A stretch of DNA of 64,000 bases from an archaeon (GTDB lineage: Archaea > Nanobdellota > Nanobdellia > Woesearchaeales > GW2011-AR9): contig JABHRS010000036.1 of the NCBI GenBank assembly GCA_018670085.1, positions 682-64,681 on the forward strand, read 5' to 3'. A program made the position numbers and the translations under genes. Shown here piece after piece: positions 9,188 to 17,485 of this stretch (position 1 is the first letter of the stretch; each line of letters starts with the position of its first letter). The notes under the pieces were generated by a model. The model worked only from the letters and a program-made list of their open reading frames with translations. It searched no databases and was not told the origin of the DNA.

Positions 9188-10123
9188 TTATTTTTTAGAA
9201 ACTGTTTTCTTTTTCTTAGTAATTGCTGTTTTCTTTTTAGAACTAGCCTTTTTTACTGGCTTCTTTGCTTTTTTCACGACTGCTTTCTTTTTCTTAACTA
9301 CTTTTTTCTCGGTTGCTGGTTTTTTTACTTTTTTGACAGCAGTTTTTTTCTTTGAAGACACTGGTTTAGAGCTTTTCTTTTTAGCGGCTTTTTTCTTAGC
9401 CATCTTTTCCTTTTTCTTCAACTCAGCAGCTTTCTTTTTAGCAGCCTTTTTCTCAGCAGATTTTTTCTTTTTCTCATCTGCCTTTTTCTTTTTCAAGTCT
9501 TCTTTCGCTTTTTTCTCATCAGCAACTCTTTTTTTCTCATCAGCTTCTTCTTTTTTACGCTCTTCTTCAACTCGTTTTGCAGCAGCTCTCATTCGCTCTC
9601 GCTCAGATTTTTCCCAATCTAGAATTTCTTTACTTGTATTTTTAATCCTAGCTTGCAAACTTATGATTCTTTGAGTATTATCATCTTGTTGCATTAATTC
9701 CCCTGTTTCTGGACAGTGAAAGTCATATTCCATTGCATCATCAAAATTTAATCGAACTCCACCATCAGGTGAGACAAAAAACAATTCTTTCTGTTCTTTT
9801 TCTAAAATTCCCTGCATTCGAAGAAGTAATTCCTTTTTATCTTTAATATAATTGAACTTAACTTGGGCAACATCAATTGTCCAATAATAAACATACCAAC
9901 CCTTTTGTTTGTCCTTTTTACGGGTAAATGTCACTAAATTATTATTATAAAGTAAATATAACATTCGACGAACAACTTTGATATCACGCTTCATCTTTTT
10001 TGCGATATCAAATTCAGAGACGTTTTCCTTACCTTTTAGAACTTTAAGCAGATCTAGTCCATCATCATGTAGAATGCGAGTGATAACTTCTTCAACTTTT
10101 TTACTGGTAAATCTCATGGCCAC
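9188..10123 (-). CDS. tfe: Transcription factor E (TFIIE-alpha homologue) fused to a roughly 140-aa Lys/Ala-rich tail
   Basis: N-terminal winged-helix pattern (VSEFDIAKKMKRDIKVVRRMLYLLYNNNLV, WYVYYWTID) and a zinc-ribbon remnant (FHCPETGE). C-terminus is KKAAKKKAAELKKKEK...AKKPVKK repeats. Confidence 0.8.
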   Translation of the reverse strand: MAMRFTSKKVEEVITRILHDDGLDLLKVLKGKENVSEFDIAKKMKRDIKVVRRMLYLLYNNNLVTFTRKKDKQKGWYVYYWTIDVAQVKFNYIKDKKELLLRMQGILEKEQKELFFVSPDGGVRLNFDDAMEYDFHCPETGELMQQDDNTQRIISLQARIKNTSKEILDWEKSERERMRAAAKRVEEERKKEEADEKKRVADEKKAKEDLKKKKADEKKKKSAEKKAAKKKAAELKKKEKMAKKKAAKKKSSKPVSSKKKTAVKKVKKPATEKKVVKKKKAVVKKAKKPVKKASSKKKTAITKKKKTVSKK

Positions 10124-10232
10124 TTATATTCCCCAGTATCCACTTCAGGTGATGACACTTTTAAATCTTTCTATGGCAGGGTCTCTATGGGCAAAAAATC
10201 CCACTCTTAAGAAACAATTTGCATGAAAAACC

Positions 10233-10366
10233 TCACTACCTACTAACAATTCATTCTGAATTCTTATCAGTTGTGGAGCGCTTGGAGACCCACAACCCAC
10301 TAACAATTTCTTTGAAATTCTTACAGGTATTGGCTTCTACTGCGTAAGCCACTACCCACTGGTCAC
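10233..10366 (+). repeat. Tandem units of about 55 bp, each with conserved flanks around a hairpin of different sequence
   Basis: Unit A is GAATTCTTATCAG plus stem GTTGTGG/CCACAAC (10258-10296). Unit B is GAAATTCTTACAG plus stem TGGCTT/AAGCCA plus GCCACTACCCACTGGTCAC (10314-10366). A CACTACCYACT block flanks each unit. A third copy lies at 53359-53408 on the minus strand. Confidence 0.7.
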
Positions 10367-10378
10367 CCACAGAAACAG

Positions 10379-10386
10379 TTTAAATA
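10379..10386 (+). promoter_or_regulatory. TATA box of hjc
   Basis: tttaaata lies 31 nt before the ATG at 10410. The same spacing of about 30 nt is seen at several other genes here. Confidence 0.45.
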
Positions 10387-10409
10387 CGATTTTAAATATA
10401 TATCTGTAT

Positions 10410-10928
10410 ATGGCAAAACCGAAGAAGTGGATGAATCGTAAGGCTAAAGGAACTAATGCTGAGCGTGAGTTGATTCATATTTTCCACAAATTCGCTTGGA
10501 GTGCAGTTAGAATCGCGGGATCAGGGTCTACTAGGTATCCAGCACCTGACGTATTAGCTGGCAATGGATTCCGTAGAATTGCAATTGAAGCTAAGTTAAT
10601 TGCAGCCACTCGTAAATATTTCTCTTATCAAGATGTTGAACAGTTACAGGCATTTTCCAAAACATTTGGTTGTGAGAGTTGGCTTGCTGTCAAATTCCCA
10701 AATAAAGAGTGGGCATTTTTTAATCCAGAAGATTTGATAGAAACTAAAACTGCGTTTGTAGCAACTGTTGATTTAGCGGACAGGTGCGGCCTATCAATCG
10801 AAGAGCTTTTAGAAGTTGTATCGTTGGGTCAAGACACTGTAAATCAAGAAACAATCGAAGAATCAAATCCATTGGATCAATTTGATGGATTGGAATCAGA
10901 TGAGAATTTTATTATATCTTCAGAATAA
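10410..10928 (+). CDS. hjc: Holliday junction resolvase Hjc with an acidic C-terminal extension
   Basis: KGTNAERELIHIF, RIAGSG, PDVLAGNG and IAIEAKL match the Hjc E...D...EXK nuclease core. Confidence 0.85.
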   Translation: MAKPKKWMNRKAKGTNAERELIHIFHKFAWSAVRIAGSGSTRYPAPDVLAGNGFRRIAIEAKLIAATRKYFSYQDVEQLQAFSKTFGCESWLAVKFPNKEWAFFNPEDLIETKTAFVATVDLADRCGLSIEELLEVVSLGQDTVNQETIEESNPLDQFDGLESDENFIISSE

Positions 10929-10944
10929 ATAACATCTAATAAAT

Positions 10945-11847
10945 CTAAACTTCAAAACTCATAAAGTCTTCTGCAAACTTTACTTTTTTATGATACTTCT
11001 TCGCTTCCTTCAAAAGTACAGAAACATCACGATACCTAATACTTGGGTGTGTGAGATAAACTTGTAAGGCCCCTGCTTTAGTAGCTAGCTCCGCACTTTC
11101 TTTTGCGGTCATGTGATCATACTTAACGGCCAATTTTTTATCCTCAAATAGAAATGTGGATTCAATTATGAGTGCATCGCAATTCTTAGCTAAACTGCGA
11201 GCACCGGCGCAAGGACGAGTGTCAGGAACGTATGCAAATTTACGTCCAACAACTAAGGAAGTCACATTTTTGCTTTTCACAAGTTTGCCACTGGCGCGCA
11301 CATTTTTTCCAGCTTGAATTTCAGCTAGCATCGGACCTTGCACTAATCCAGCTTTTTTCGCTTTTTTCATATCAATTTTCAGTCGATCTTTTTCTTTAAG
11401 TGAAAATCCAACACAATCAACGCTGTGCGAAAGTGGCTCAGCTGTTACAATAAAATCCTTTCCTTCAAGAATCACGCCACCAGCACTGACTTCGTGCAAC
11501 TTGTGAGGTAACCCATTCATACTAGGAAACGCTTTTTTGAAATGATTAAATTTTTTACGACTTCCCTTTGGCCCATAAATATCTAGCGTATGTCCAACTT
11601 GGTCTGCTGCCATCGTAGAGATTAAACCCGCAAGTCCAAGTGCGTGGTCCCCATGCCAGTGGCTAATGAAGATTCGTGTAATTTTGCTTCTCTTCAATCC
11701 AGCAATTTTCATTTGCCGTTGAATCCCTTCACCGCAATCAAACAACAAGTTCTCACTACCAAACGAGACATGAATCCCAGAGTGATTCCTTTCTTTAGTT
11801 GGTTGCATGCAAGTGGTTCCAAGGAATGTAACTTTCATTGTTGACAT
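10945..11847 (-). CDS. rnz: Ribonuclease Z (tRNA 3' endonuclease, metallo-beta-lactamase fold)
   Basis: MKVTFLGT start, the HWHGDH motif, and about 300 aa in length. Confidence 0.85.
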   Translation of the reverse strand: MSTMKVTFLGTTCMQPTKERNHSGIHVSFGSENLLFDCGEGIQRQMKIAGLKRSKITRIFISHWHGDHALGLAGLISTMAADQVGHTLDIYGPKGSRKKFNHFKKAFPSMNGLPHKLHEVSAGGVILEGKDFIVTAEPLSHSVDCVGFSLKEKDRLKIDMKKAKKAGLVQGPMLAEIQAGKNVRASGKLVKSKNVTSLVVGRKFAYVPDTRPCAGARSLAKNCDALIIESTFLFEDKKLAVKYDHMTAKESAELATKAGALQVYLTHPSIRYRDVSVLLKEAKKYHKKVKFAEDFMSFEV

Positions 11848-11893
11848 AGAGTAAAGAAAACATATAGCGCTACTTAAAATCTTCGAATAAAAT

Positions 11894-12048
11894 TGCAGTG
11901 TTGAAAATATTATGAGGGCGCTATGCAGGGGCCAAATAATTTTCGATAGAGCTAACCATTGCGACCTGAGTCTTCAAAGAAGGCGAAGTTGAGAAGTGGA
12001 ACCCGTTGCCCCGCCCCATATGAGCGCAGCGAAATGTTCAACACTGCA
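11894..12048. ncRNA. Unclassified GC-rich structured RNA candidate (strand undetermined)
   Basis: 12-bp closing helix TGCAGTGTTGAA (11894-11905) / TTCAACACTGCA (12037-12048). Nested 9-bp helix 11911-11920 / 12012-12020. The interior is much more GC-rich than its surroundings and has no ORF. Confidence 0.5.
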
Positions 12049-12081
12049 GAATATAATTAAGAAAAATAAACTAAAAAACAA

Positions 12082-12732
12082 TTACTCTAAATTATCAATG
12101 ATCTTACCAAGTTCTTCAATTCTGCGAATCTTCAAACCAAACTCTTGACGGTCACGTCGATCAATTAAGATCCCTTTCATTCCAGCAGCTAAAGCTGGGA
12201 TCATATCTGAATTAACTCCATCTCCTAAAAAGACACATTCGGATGCTGTTGTATCGAGTGATTCCATAACTTTCTTCAAAAATTCAGGATCTGTTTTTAT
12301 CAATCCCATATCACATGAGTAGAATACTTCAGAAAATAAGTCAGTCCATCCAAATTTTTCTAAACAGTTACTAACTGATTTAGCATCTGTGTTTGCAACT
12401 AATACAAATTTATAATCACTAGACAATTTACTTAAATTTTCTTTAATAAAAGGTAGTGGACGTGCCATTAACCATGACTTATTCCACATTCCAACTAGTT
12501 CATCTAATTGCGCATCTGAAACTTCAACTTCGAATTCAGCAGCTACAGCTTCAAATCCTTCACGCATACTAGGATAATTTTTTGTGAGCAGTACAGTTTG
12601 CATTCTGTTCACATACTCTGAAAAATCAATATCATTTAAACCGAGAATCTGTTTAATCTTTTTAACTGGACTGTATACTCCAATTTGAGCAACTGTGCCC
12701 CAAAAATCACATAATATATATTGAATTGTCAT
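12082..12732 (-). CDS. HAD-superfamily hydrolase
   Basis: N-terminal ILCDFWGT (DxxGT-type motif I), VANTD, and GDGVNSD (motif IV). Confidence 0.7.
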   Translation of the reverse strand: MTIQYILCDFWGTVAQIGVYSPVKKIKQILGLNDIDFSEYVNRMQTVLLTKNYPSMREGFEAVAAEFEVEVSDAQLDELVGMWNKSWLMARPLPFIKENLSKLSSDYKFVLVANTDAKSVSNCLEKFGWTDLFSEVFYSCDMGLIKTDPEFLKKVMESLDTTASECVFLGDGVNSDMIPALAAGMKGILIDRRDRQEFGLKIRRIEELGKIIDNLE

Positions 12733-12759
12733 TTTAATCCTCAGTTTTTTTAAATTTTT

Positions 12760-13014
12760 TTAACTAGCAGTCATTGATTCTAATAAACTGATCAAATCCC
12801 ACATTTGACTTCGCAAATAAGTTGAAATCCCTTGGAGGTCCAGTTCTTCAACTGAATGAATTGCTTTTTGAACTTTAAGTTCTTCTTCTCCTTCTAGAAT
12901 TTTTTTAACTTCCATTAAATGTTCTTTTAGTCGTTTACTGCAATCACTATCTTCACAGATCATTTCAATTAATTCTCCAGCTTCGTGTAGATCTTCTTGC
13001 ATTTTATTCACCAA
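12760..13014 (-). CDS. UPF0147-family small helical protein
   Basis: 84 aa. The pattern I.ED...., KAIH..EEL, and R.Q.WDL.S.LE resembles archaeal UPF0147 proteins. Confidence 0.5.
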   Translation of the reverse strand: MVNKMQEDLHEAGELIEMICEDSDCSKRLKEHLMEVKKILEGEEELKVQKAIHSVEELDLQGISTYLRSQMWDLISLLESMTAS

Positions 13015-13350
13015 TTATTTGTTAGTATTAATTGCAACTAACTCTTTTTGCAGCATTCCCATTTTTTCTTGGATTGCTTTTTCTTGAATTTCAATTTCAC
13101 TCATTTTTAATTCTAAACTCTCCTTTTCGGTTGCTAGTTCTTTTTCTAGTACTGCAACGTCTTTTGAGATTAATAATTTTCCAACTATTTTGTAGCTTTG
13201 TATTGAACCTGGCAGACTTTTAATTGCGGAGTTCATCTCAAAAATTTGCTCAGAAATTACTCTCTTCTGGTCTACTAGTGATTCAACATTTTGTTGAAGA
13301 AGTTGAAGTTGATGAACTATTTCTTCTGACATATTAAAAAAATCCTCCAT
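13015..13350 (-). CDS. pfdB: Prefoldin beta subunit
   Basis: 111-aa coiled coil: QLQLLQQNVESL, a central YKIVGKLLISKD hairpin, and LEIQEKAIQEKMGMLQKEL. Confidence 0.75.
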   Translation of the reverse strand: MEDFFNMSEEIVHQLQLLQQNVESLVDQKRVISEQIFEMNSAIKSLPGSIQSYKIVGKLLISKDVAVLEKELATEKESLELKMSEIEIQEKAIQEKMGMLQKELVAINTNK

Positions 13351-13427
13351 GATTTTCTGAATGCTGAAAATTATTAACTTTCATCATTTTTTTTATCTCT
13401 CCAATAACTTAGTTTCTAGAGTTATTG

Positions 13428-13562
13428 TTAGCGAGCTTTGATGGTTACAGCAACACTTCGGCTTTTGTACAGAACTTTGTGGCCACAGTAAGGGCAACGC
13501 ACTCTAGAAGTGGTATAACTATCATCAACATCTTTCGCGCAATTAAAACATGTGTATCCCAT
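13428..13562 (-). CDS. rpoP: DNA-directed RNA polymerase subunit P (Rpb12 homologue)
   Basis: Hand translation gives [44 protein letters not shown], 44 aa with a CxxC...CxxC zinc ribbon. It is below the ORF-track size cutoff. Confidence 0.8.
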   Translation of the reverse strand: MGYTCFNCAKDVDDSYTTSRVRCPYCGHKVLYKSRSVAVTIKAR

Positions 13563-13621
13563 TTTATTTCCTTCGTATTTTTCAATAATTGATCAAATAA
13601 TAAAAATAACTACTATTACAA

Positions 13622-13819
13622 TTATGCAATTGAGTAAGCTCTTCCTGCAAATTTAGCTGAACAGCTTCGGCAATTCCAAATTCCCATAGCTAAACGCTTA
13701 ACGTTTACTTTATTACAGTAAGGGCACTTTTGTTTGTTAAAATATTGTGCTTCTAGCTTAGCTACGTTATGTTTGGTTTTTCGACCATATCGTGCTCCAA
13801 ATCGTTTTGTACTTGACAT
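13622..13819 (-). CDS. rpl37ae: Ribosomal protein eL43 (L37Ae)
   Basis: TKRFGARYGRK, CPYC...CRSC zinc ribbon, AGRAY. Confidence 0.9.
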   Translation of the reverse strand: MSSTKRFGARYGRKTKHNVAKLEAQYFNKQKCPYCNKVNVKRLAMGIWNCRSCSAKFAGRAYSIA

Positions 13820-13865
13820 ATTTTTTCCTCTAAAATGTAATTTTTTGATTTTTTTTGATAAAGAG

Positions 13866-13940
13866 TGGGGCCGCCCGGATTTGAACCGGGGTTCAAGCGT
13901 CCCAAACGCTTAGTGATAGACCAAGCTACACTACGGCTCC
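13866..13940 (-). tRNA. tRNA-Pro (UGG)
   Basis: Hand-folded 75-nt cloverleaf. Anticodon stem AAGCG/CGCTT, loop TTTGGGA, T arm CCCGG-TTCAAAT-CCGGG. No encoded CCA. TATA box TTTATAAG lies about 20 nt upstream. Confidence 0.85.
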
Positions 13941-14179
13941 GCAAGATTCAACTTATAAATGTTTCCCTCATAAAGTGAATAAATTAAAAATTGCTCAATT
14001 CCTTTAAAAGGTTTACTGTTTCAATTGAGTAATCTAGCAATTCACCAAAGGGATCTCTCTCATGTAGGGCTTTAATAAGATTCCATCAAATCCAATATCA
14101 CAAGGTGCAATTGTTGCAGGGTATGGTGTTTGTTATGCAGCCCAGAGAATATTTAGTTTATTTTTCTTTCTTTCTAATT

Positions 14180-15064
14180 CTATTTTTTCAGCTTCTTAAG
14201 CATTTTCAAACTACCTTCATCAAACTTCGAAAAAGCAAACCACTTTTCCCCCAGATCTTTCAAAGATGCACCTATATGATAAACTTCTTTACCATCAATT
14301 ATCAAAAAACGGTCATGGGAATCCTTAAACTCCTTAACGATAATAGAAGAATACTGAGAATTATACTTATCTAAATCAAGTTCCAGTTGTTTAGAAATAT
14401 TGTTTGTATAAATCACAACTTCTACATTACTTTTTCTTTTTGAAAACAATATCAACACAGTATCATCAATGTAATTATCAATCAAAACTATTGACTTTTT
14501 GGCACTACGAATCAAATCAGAAATAAACTTGTAAGCATCAAAGACTTGTCCGTTGTAGAAAATTCCTTGTTTCTTAATCAGACTTGTATCTTCAATTGCT
14601 TCAAACACTTGCTCTAATCTCTGGTCTGTTATAATTTGATACTCAAGTTGTTTTTGTTCCATTGCACCTAGTCTCCCAAACAACTCTGTATTTTTAGAAA
14701 TGAACTTCCTCATTGCAACAAAAGTCCGTATGATATGAATATTCACTTCAACGGCTATCTTACTCTTTAATATTCCAGATAGTGCTGCAATGCCATGTTC
14801 TGTGAAAACATGAGGTAAACTCGGAGAATACTTTAGTTTTAGGAGGTGGTCACAATTTGTGACCAGTTCAATTTTCTCAAGCTCAGTTATGCGGAACATG
14901 AAATCTGAAGGAAAACGTTTGCTATTTCTCTTTACAGCCTGATTCAATGCTTTCGTAGGAACTTGATACAAAATAGCTAAATCTCTATCAAGCATTACTT
15001 GATAACCCCTTACACTGTGGATTTTGTTATTAATATTATTTGGAACTATTTTTTTATTTAGCAC
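14180..15064 (-). CDS. ORF6N (KilA-N-related) DNA-binding domain protein with a degenerate PLD-like C-terminal domain
   Basis: IHSVRGYQVMLDRDLAILYQVPTKALNQAVKRNSKRFPSDFMF is the ORF6N signature. The C-terminus has HDRFLIID...YHIGASLKDLG. Confidence 0.7.
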   Translation of the reverse strand: MLNKKIVPNNINNKIHSVRGYQVMLDRDLAILYQVPTKALNQAVKRNSKRFPSDFMFRITELEKIELVTNCDHLLKLKYSPSLPHVFTEHGIAALSGILKSKIAVEVNIHIIRTFVAMRKFISKNTELFGRLGAMEQKQLEYQIITDQRLEQVFEAIEDTSLIKKQGIFYNGQVFDAYKFISDLIRSAKKSIVLIDNYIDDTVLILFSKRKSNVEVVIYTNNISKQLELDLDKYNSQYSSIIVKEFKDSHDRFLIIDGKEVYHIGASLKDLGEKWFAFSKFDEGSLKMLKKLKK

Positions 15065-15218
15065 AAGTTCTATTAGGTTTTTAACTTATTTAAGAAATCC
15101 ACATATGCAGAATATATAGGAATATTCATTCAATAACAAAAATTATGTTGTGAAAATTAGCAAGAAAGAGAAAAAATTTAGTATATCAAAAAAAAAATCA
15201 AAATAAAGAAGAAGAAGT

Positions 15219-15596
15219 TTACTCTTTTCTTACCAATGAAGCATATCCAAGAATATCATCAAGCGGCAATCTTGCGGCTTGAGAGATTTTTTCGCCATTA
15301 TCCTCAGAAAAATCAGCAACAATTAAGTGATTCTCATTTTCAACAGCACCGACGAAGAACATTCTTTGATATGTCTCTGCGCCTTCATGTGGGCCGTCAG
15401 GTGAATTAACTCCTTTTTGTAATGTTAACATAGCAAGGTCTGCAACTGGCATACCAACTGTACTATCACCATAAGACATTTGTCCAAGACCAGTATTATA
15501 ATGACCAAGGCCAGTGAGTTCTTCGGTAAACGGGAGGCCTCCTTCTTTCAATACTTCAAGTAATCTCTCTACATTTGATTTATTAACATATTCCAT
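15219..15596 (-). CDS. Hypothetical protein (start moved to the MEYVNK Met)
   Basis: TATA box TTTATAAA at 15619-15626 lies inside the ORF-track extension, 30 nt upstream of the ATG at 15596. No recognisable motifs. Confidence 0.5.
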   Translation of the reverse strand: MEYVNKSNVERLLEVLKEGGLPFTEELTGLGHYNTGLGQMSYGDSTVGMPVADLAMLTLQKGVNSPDGPHEGAETYQRMFFVGAVENENHLIVADFSEDNGEKISQAARLPLDDILGYASLVRKE

Positions 15597-15713
15597 ATAA
15601 ACTCCAAAATAACACTCATTTATAAACCTTTCCAAAAATTAACTACTCTAGTGTAACAAAAAAGAAAATTCCTCCCAAGCAAACTCTTTTATACCCAAAA
15701 ACTTTCATTTATT

Positions 15714-16973
15714 GTGATGGATGTTGTAATATTAGCTCTTCTAGCTGCGGGTTTTATTCTTTTTTTCGGGTCATTCGCAGAATTCATCTTCAAAAAATTC
15801 CAAATTCCAGACGTCCTATTCTTAATTTTGTTAGGATTCATTATAGGCCCAAGTGCCTTTGGTATTGTAAGTCCACTAGATTTAGCTGCAGTTGCTCCAA
15901 TTTTTACAACTTTCACTTTATTATTCCTATTATTCGATGGGGCATTTAATATCAACCTCTCATCACTACTTAGCGAGTTCTCAGAGAGTATGTTACTAAC
16001 TGGGTGGAATTTTTTCGTTTCATCATTAGTTGGTTTTTTAACATTATTATTATTCGGGTTCACTGTAACTCAATCTTTGTTTGTTGGATTCGCACTTGGA
16101 GGTGTTTCATCATCATTTGTAATTCCAATTTTAAAGCAATTAAAAATTTCTGAAAGGTTAATGTCTCTTCTAACATTAGAGTCTGCTTTAACTGACGTTT
16201 TTTGTATTGTTTTTTCATTAGCTGTCCTCGAATTTGTACAGCTTGGAACTTCTAGTGTCCAAGGTACTTTTGCTCAAATCATTGCTCTTTTTGCTGTTGG
16301 CGCAGCAGTTGGTTTAGCTGCCGGAGTTTTTTGGTTTACACTTCAAATCAAAGTTTTCAAAGAACACAATTACATGTTAACTGTTGCATATTTGTTAATC
16401 ATTTATGTCTTAACTGAATTTTTGCAAGGTAGTGGTGCTATTGCAGCTTTATTTTTCGGACTGGTTTTAGCTAACTCAAAGAAAATTTCAAGTATCTTTA
16501 AGGGAATTACCAGTGATAAAGCAAAGGATAAAAAGAAAGCGCTAAGAGGGGATTTGGGAATTTCCATCATCACTAGAAGCGAGGAATATTTTTATGATCA
16601 AATTTCATTTTTTCTGAAGACATTTTTCTTTGTGTACGTGGGAATTTTAATTGATATTTCAAACACCAGGGCTTTACTTATTGGGGGTATCCTCTCAGTT
16701 GCAATCCTTTTATCAAGGCGCGCAACCAACTTACTCAAAACAATTGTAAACAATGCTAACAAGGGATTAATTGATAGTATGTTCGCAAGAGGATTAGCTG
16801 CAGCAGCTATTGCACAAATTGCAATTTCTAGTGGTTTTCCAGGAGCAACCGAATTGTCTGGGATCATCTATGTAACAATTGCCGGAACTATTATTCTAAG
16901 TTCATTTTCCATCCTTCTAGAAGAATATAAAAAGAAACACACAAAAAATTCAAAGGTCAATGGGAATTCTTGA
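15714..16973 (+). CDS. Monovalent cation:proton antiporter (CPA family, Na+/H+ exchanger type)
   Basis: About 11-12 TM segments. N-terminus FIFKKFQIPDVLFLILLGFIIGPSAFG is typical of Kef/NapA-type exchangers. Confidence 0.8.
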   Translation: MMDVVILALLAAGFILFFGSFAEFIFKKFQIPDVLFLILLGFIIGPSAFGIVSPLDLAAVAPIFTTFTLLFLLFDGAFNINLSSLLSEFSESMLLTGWNFFVSSLVGFLTLLLFGFTVTQSLFVGFALGGVSSSFVIPILKQLKISERLMSLLTLESALTDVFCIVFSLAVLEFVQLGTSSVQGTFAQIIALFAVGAAVGLAAGVFWFTLQIKVFKEHNYMLTVAYLLIIYVLTEFLQGSGAIAALFFGLVLANSKKISSIFKGITSDKAKDKKKALRGDLGISIITRSEEYFYDQISFFLKTFFFVYVGILIDISNTRALLIGGILSVAILLSRRATNLLKTIVNNANKGLIDSMFARGLAAAAIAQIAISSGFPGATELSGIIYVTIAGTIILSSFSILLEEYKKKHTKNSKVNGNS

Positions 16974-17466
16974 ACAGATTGGGTTTGTAACAACCAGAGC
17001 ATTACTCGCATTCATAGTTTTTACTTTTGGAACATTAGCTGCAAGTGCTGTAAAAAGAATTGTTAAAATATCTCTTAAAAGAATCAATGCAAATCAAGCA
17101 ATTGCTCTTCTAAAATATCCTTATGATATTGAACACATAGCAGGGGCACTGTCTTTTTATTTAGTTTACATTATTACAGCGTTAATCACTTTTTGGCTTT
17201 TAGGCATCGCATCAATTGTTGCAGGATTAATCCTTTTACTCTTAGCAATTTTATCGGTCTTAACTGCAGCTTCATTCAGTAAGGATTTACTTCCAAATTT
17301 ATATGGTTGGTACCAATTAAAAACAAAGAAGAAGATTAAAGTCGGCAGCAAAATTTCTTTTACTAAAGTTGAAGGTACAGTCAAAAAGATCAAGTTCACT
17401 AAAACACTGGTTCAAAACAAACAAGGGGACTTGTTACATGTACCAAATGCATTGTTTAAAGATTGA
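16960..17466 (+). CDS. Small membrane protein with an MscS-like beta-domain motif
   Basis: Three TM segments, then VGSKISFTKVEGTVKKIKFTKTLVQNKQGDLLHVPNALF. Overlaps the upstream gene by 14 nt. Confidence 0.45.
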   Translation: MGILEQIGFVTTRALLAFIVFTFGTLAASAVKRIVKISLKRINANQAIALLKYPYDIEHIAGALSFYLVYIITALITFWLLGIASIVAGLILLLLAILSVLTAASFSKDLLPNLYGWYQLKTKKKIKVGSKISFTKVEGTVKKIKFTKTLVQNKQGDLLHVPNALFKD

Positions 17467-17485
17467 CTGAGAAAGAGATATAATC

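Noticed and set aside
9333-10226. Plus-strand ORFs 9333..9674 and 9978..10226, opposite tfe
   Set aside because: They are the antisense reading of the Lys-codon-rich (AAA/AAG) tail, which gives Phe-rich nonsense. The tfe reading has clear domain motifs.
11894-12048. Attempted assignment of the structured RNA candidate to tRNA, 5S rRNA, C/D or H/ACA sRNA, RNase P, SRP RNA or TPP riboswitch
   Set aside because: I found no T-loop (GTTCRA), no C box (RUGAUGA) paired with a terminal D box, no GAGGAAAGUCC, no SRP helix-8 motif and no CUGAGA/ACCUGA pair in the right arrangement. It is kept as unclassified rather than named.
13762-13944. 60-aa ORF overlapping tRNA-Pro
   Set aside because: It covers the tRNA gene and the eL43 start. 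The tRNA cloverleaf explains this sequence.
15689-16063. 124-aa minus-strand ORF
   Set aside because: It is antisense to the 5' part of the 12-TM antiporter gene, with an Asn/Lys-rich low-complexity translation.
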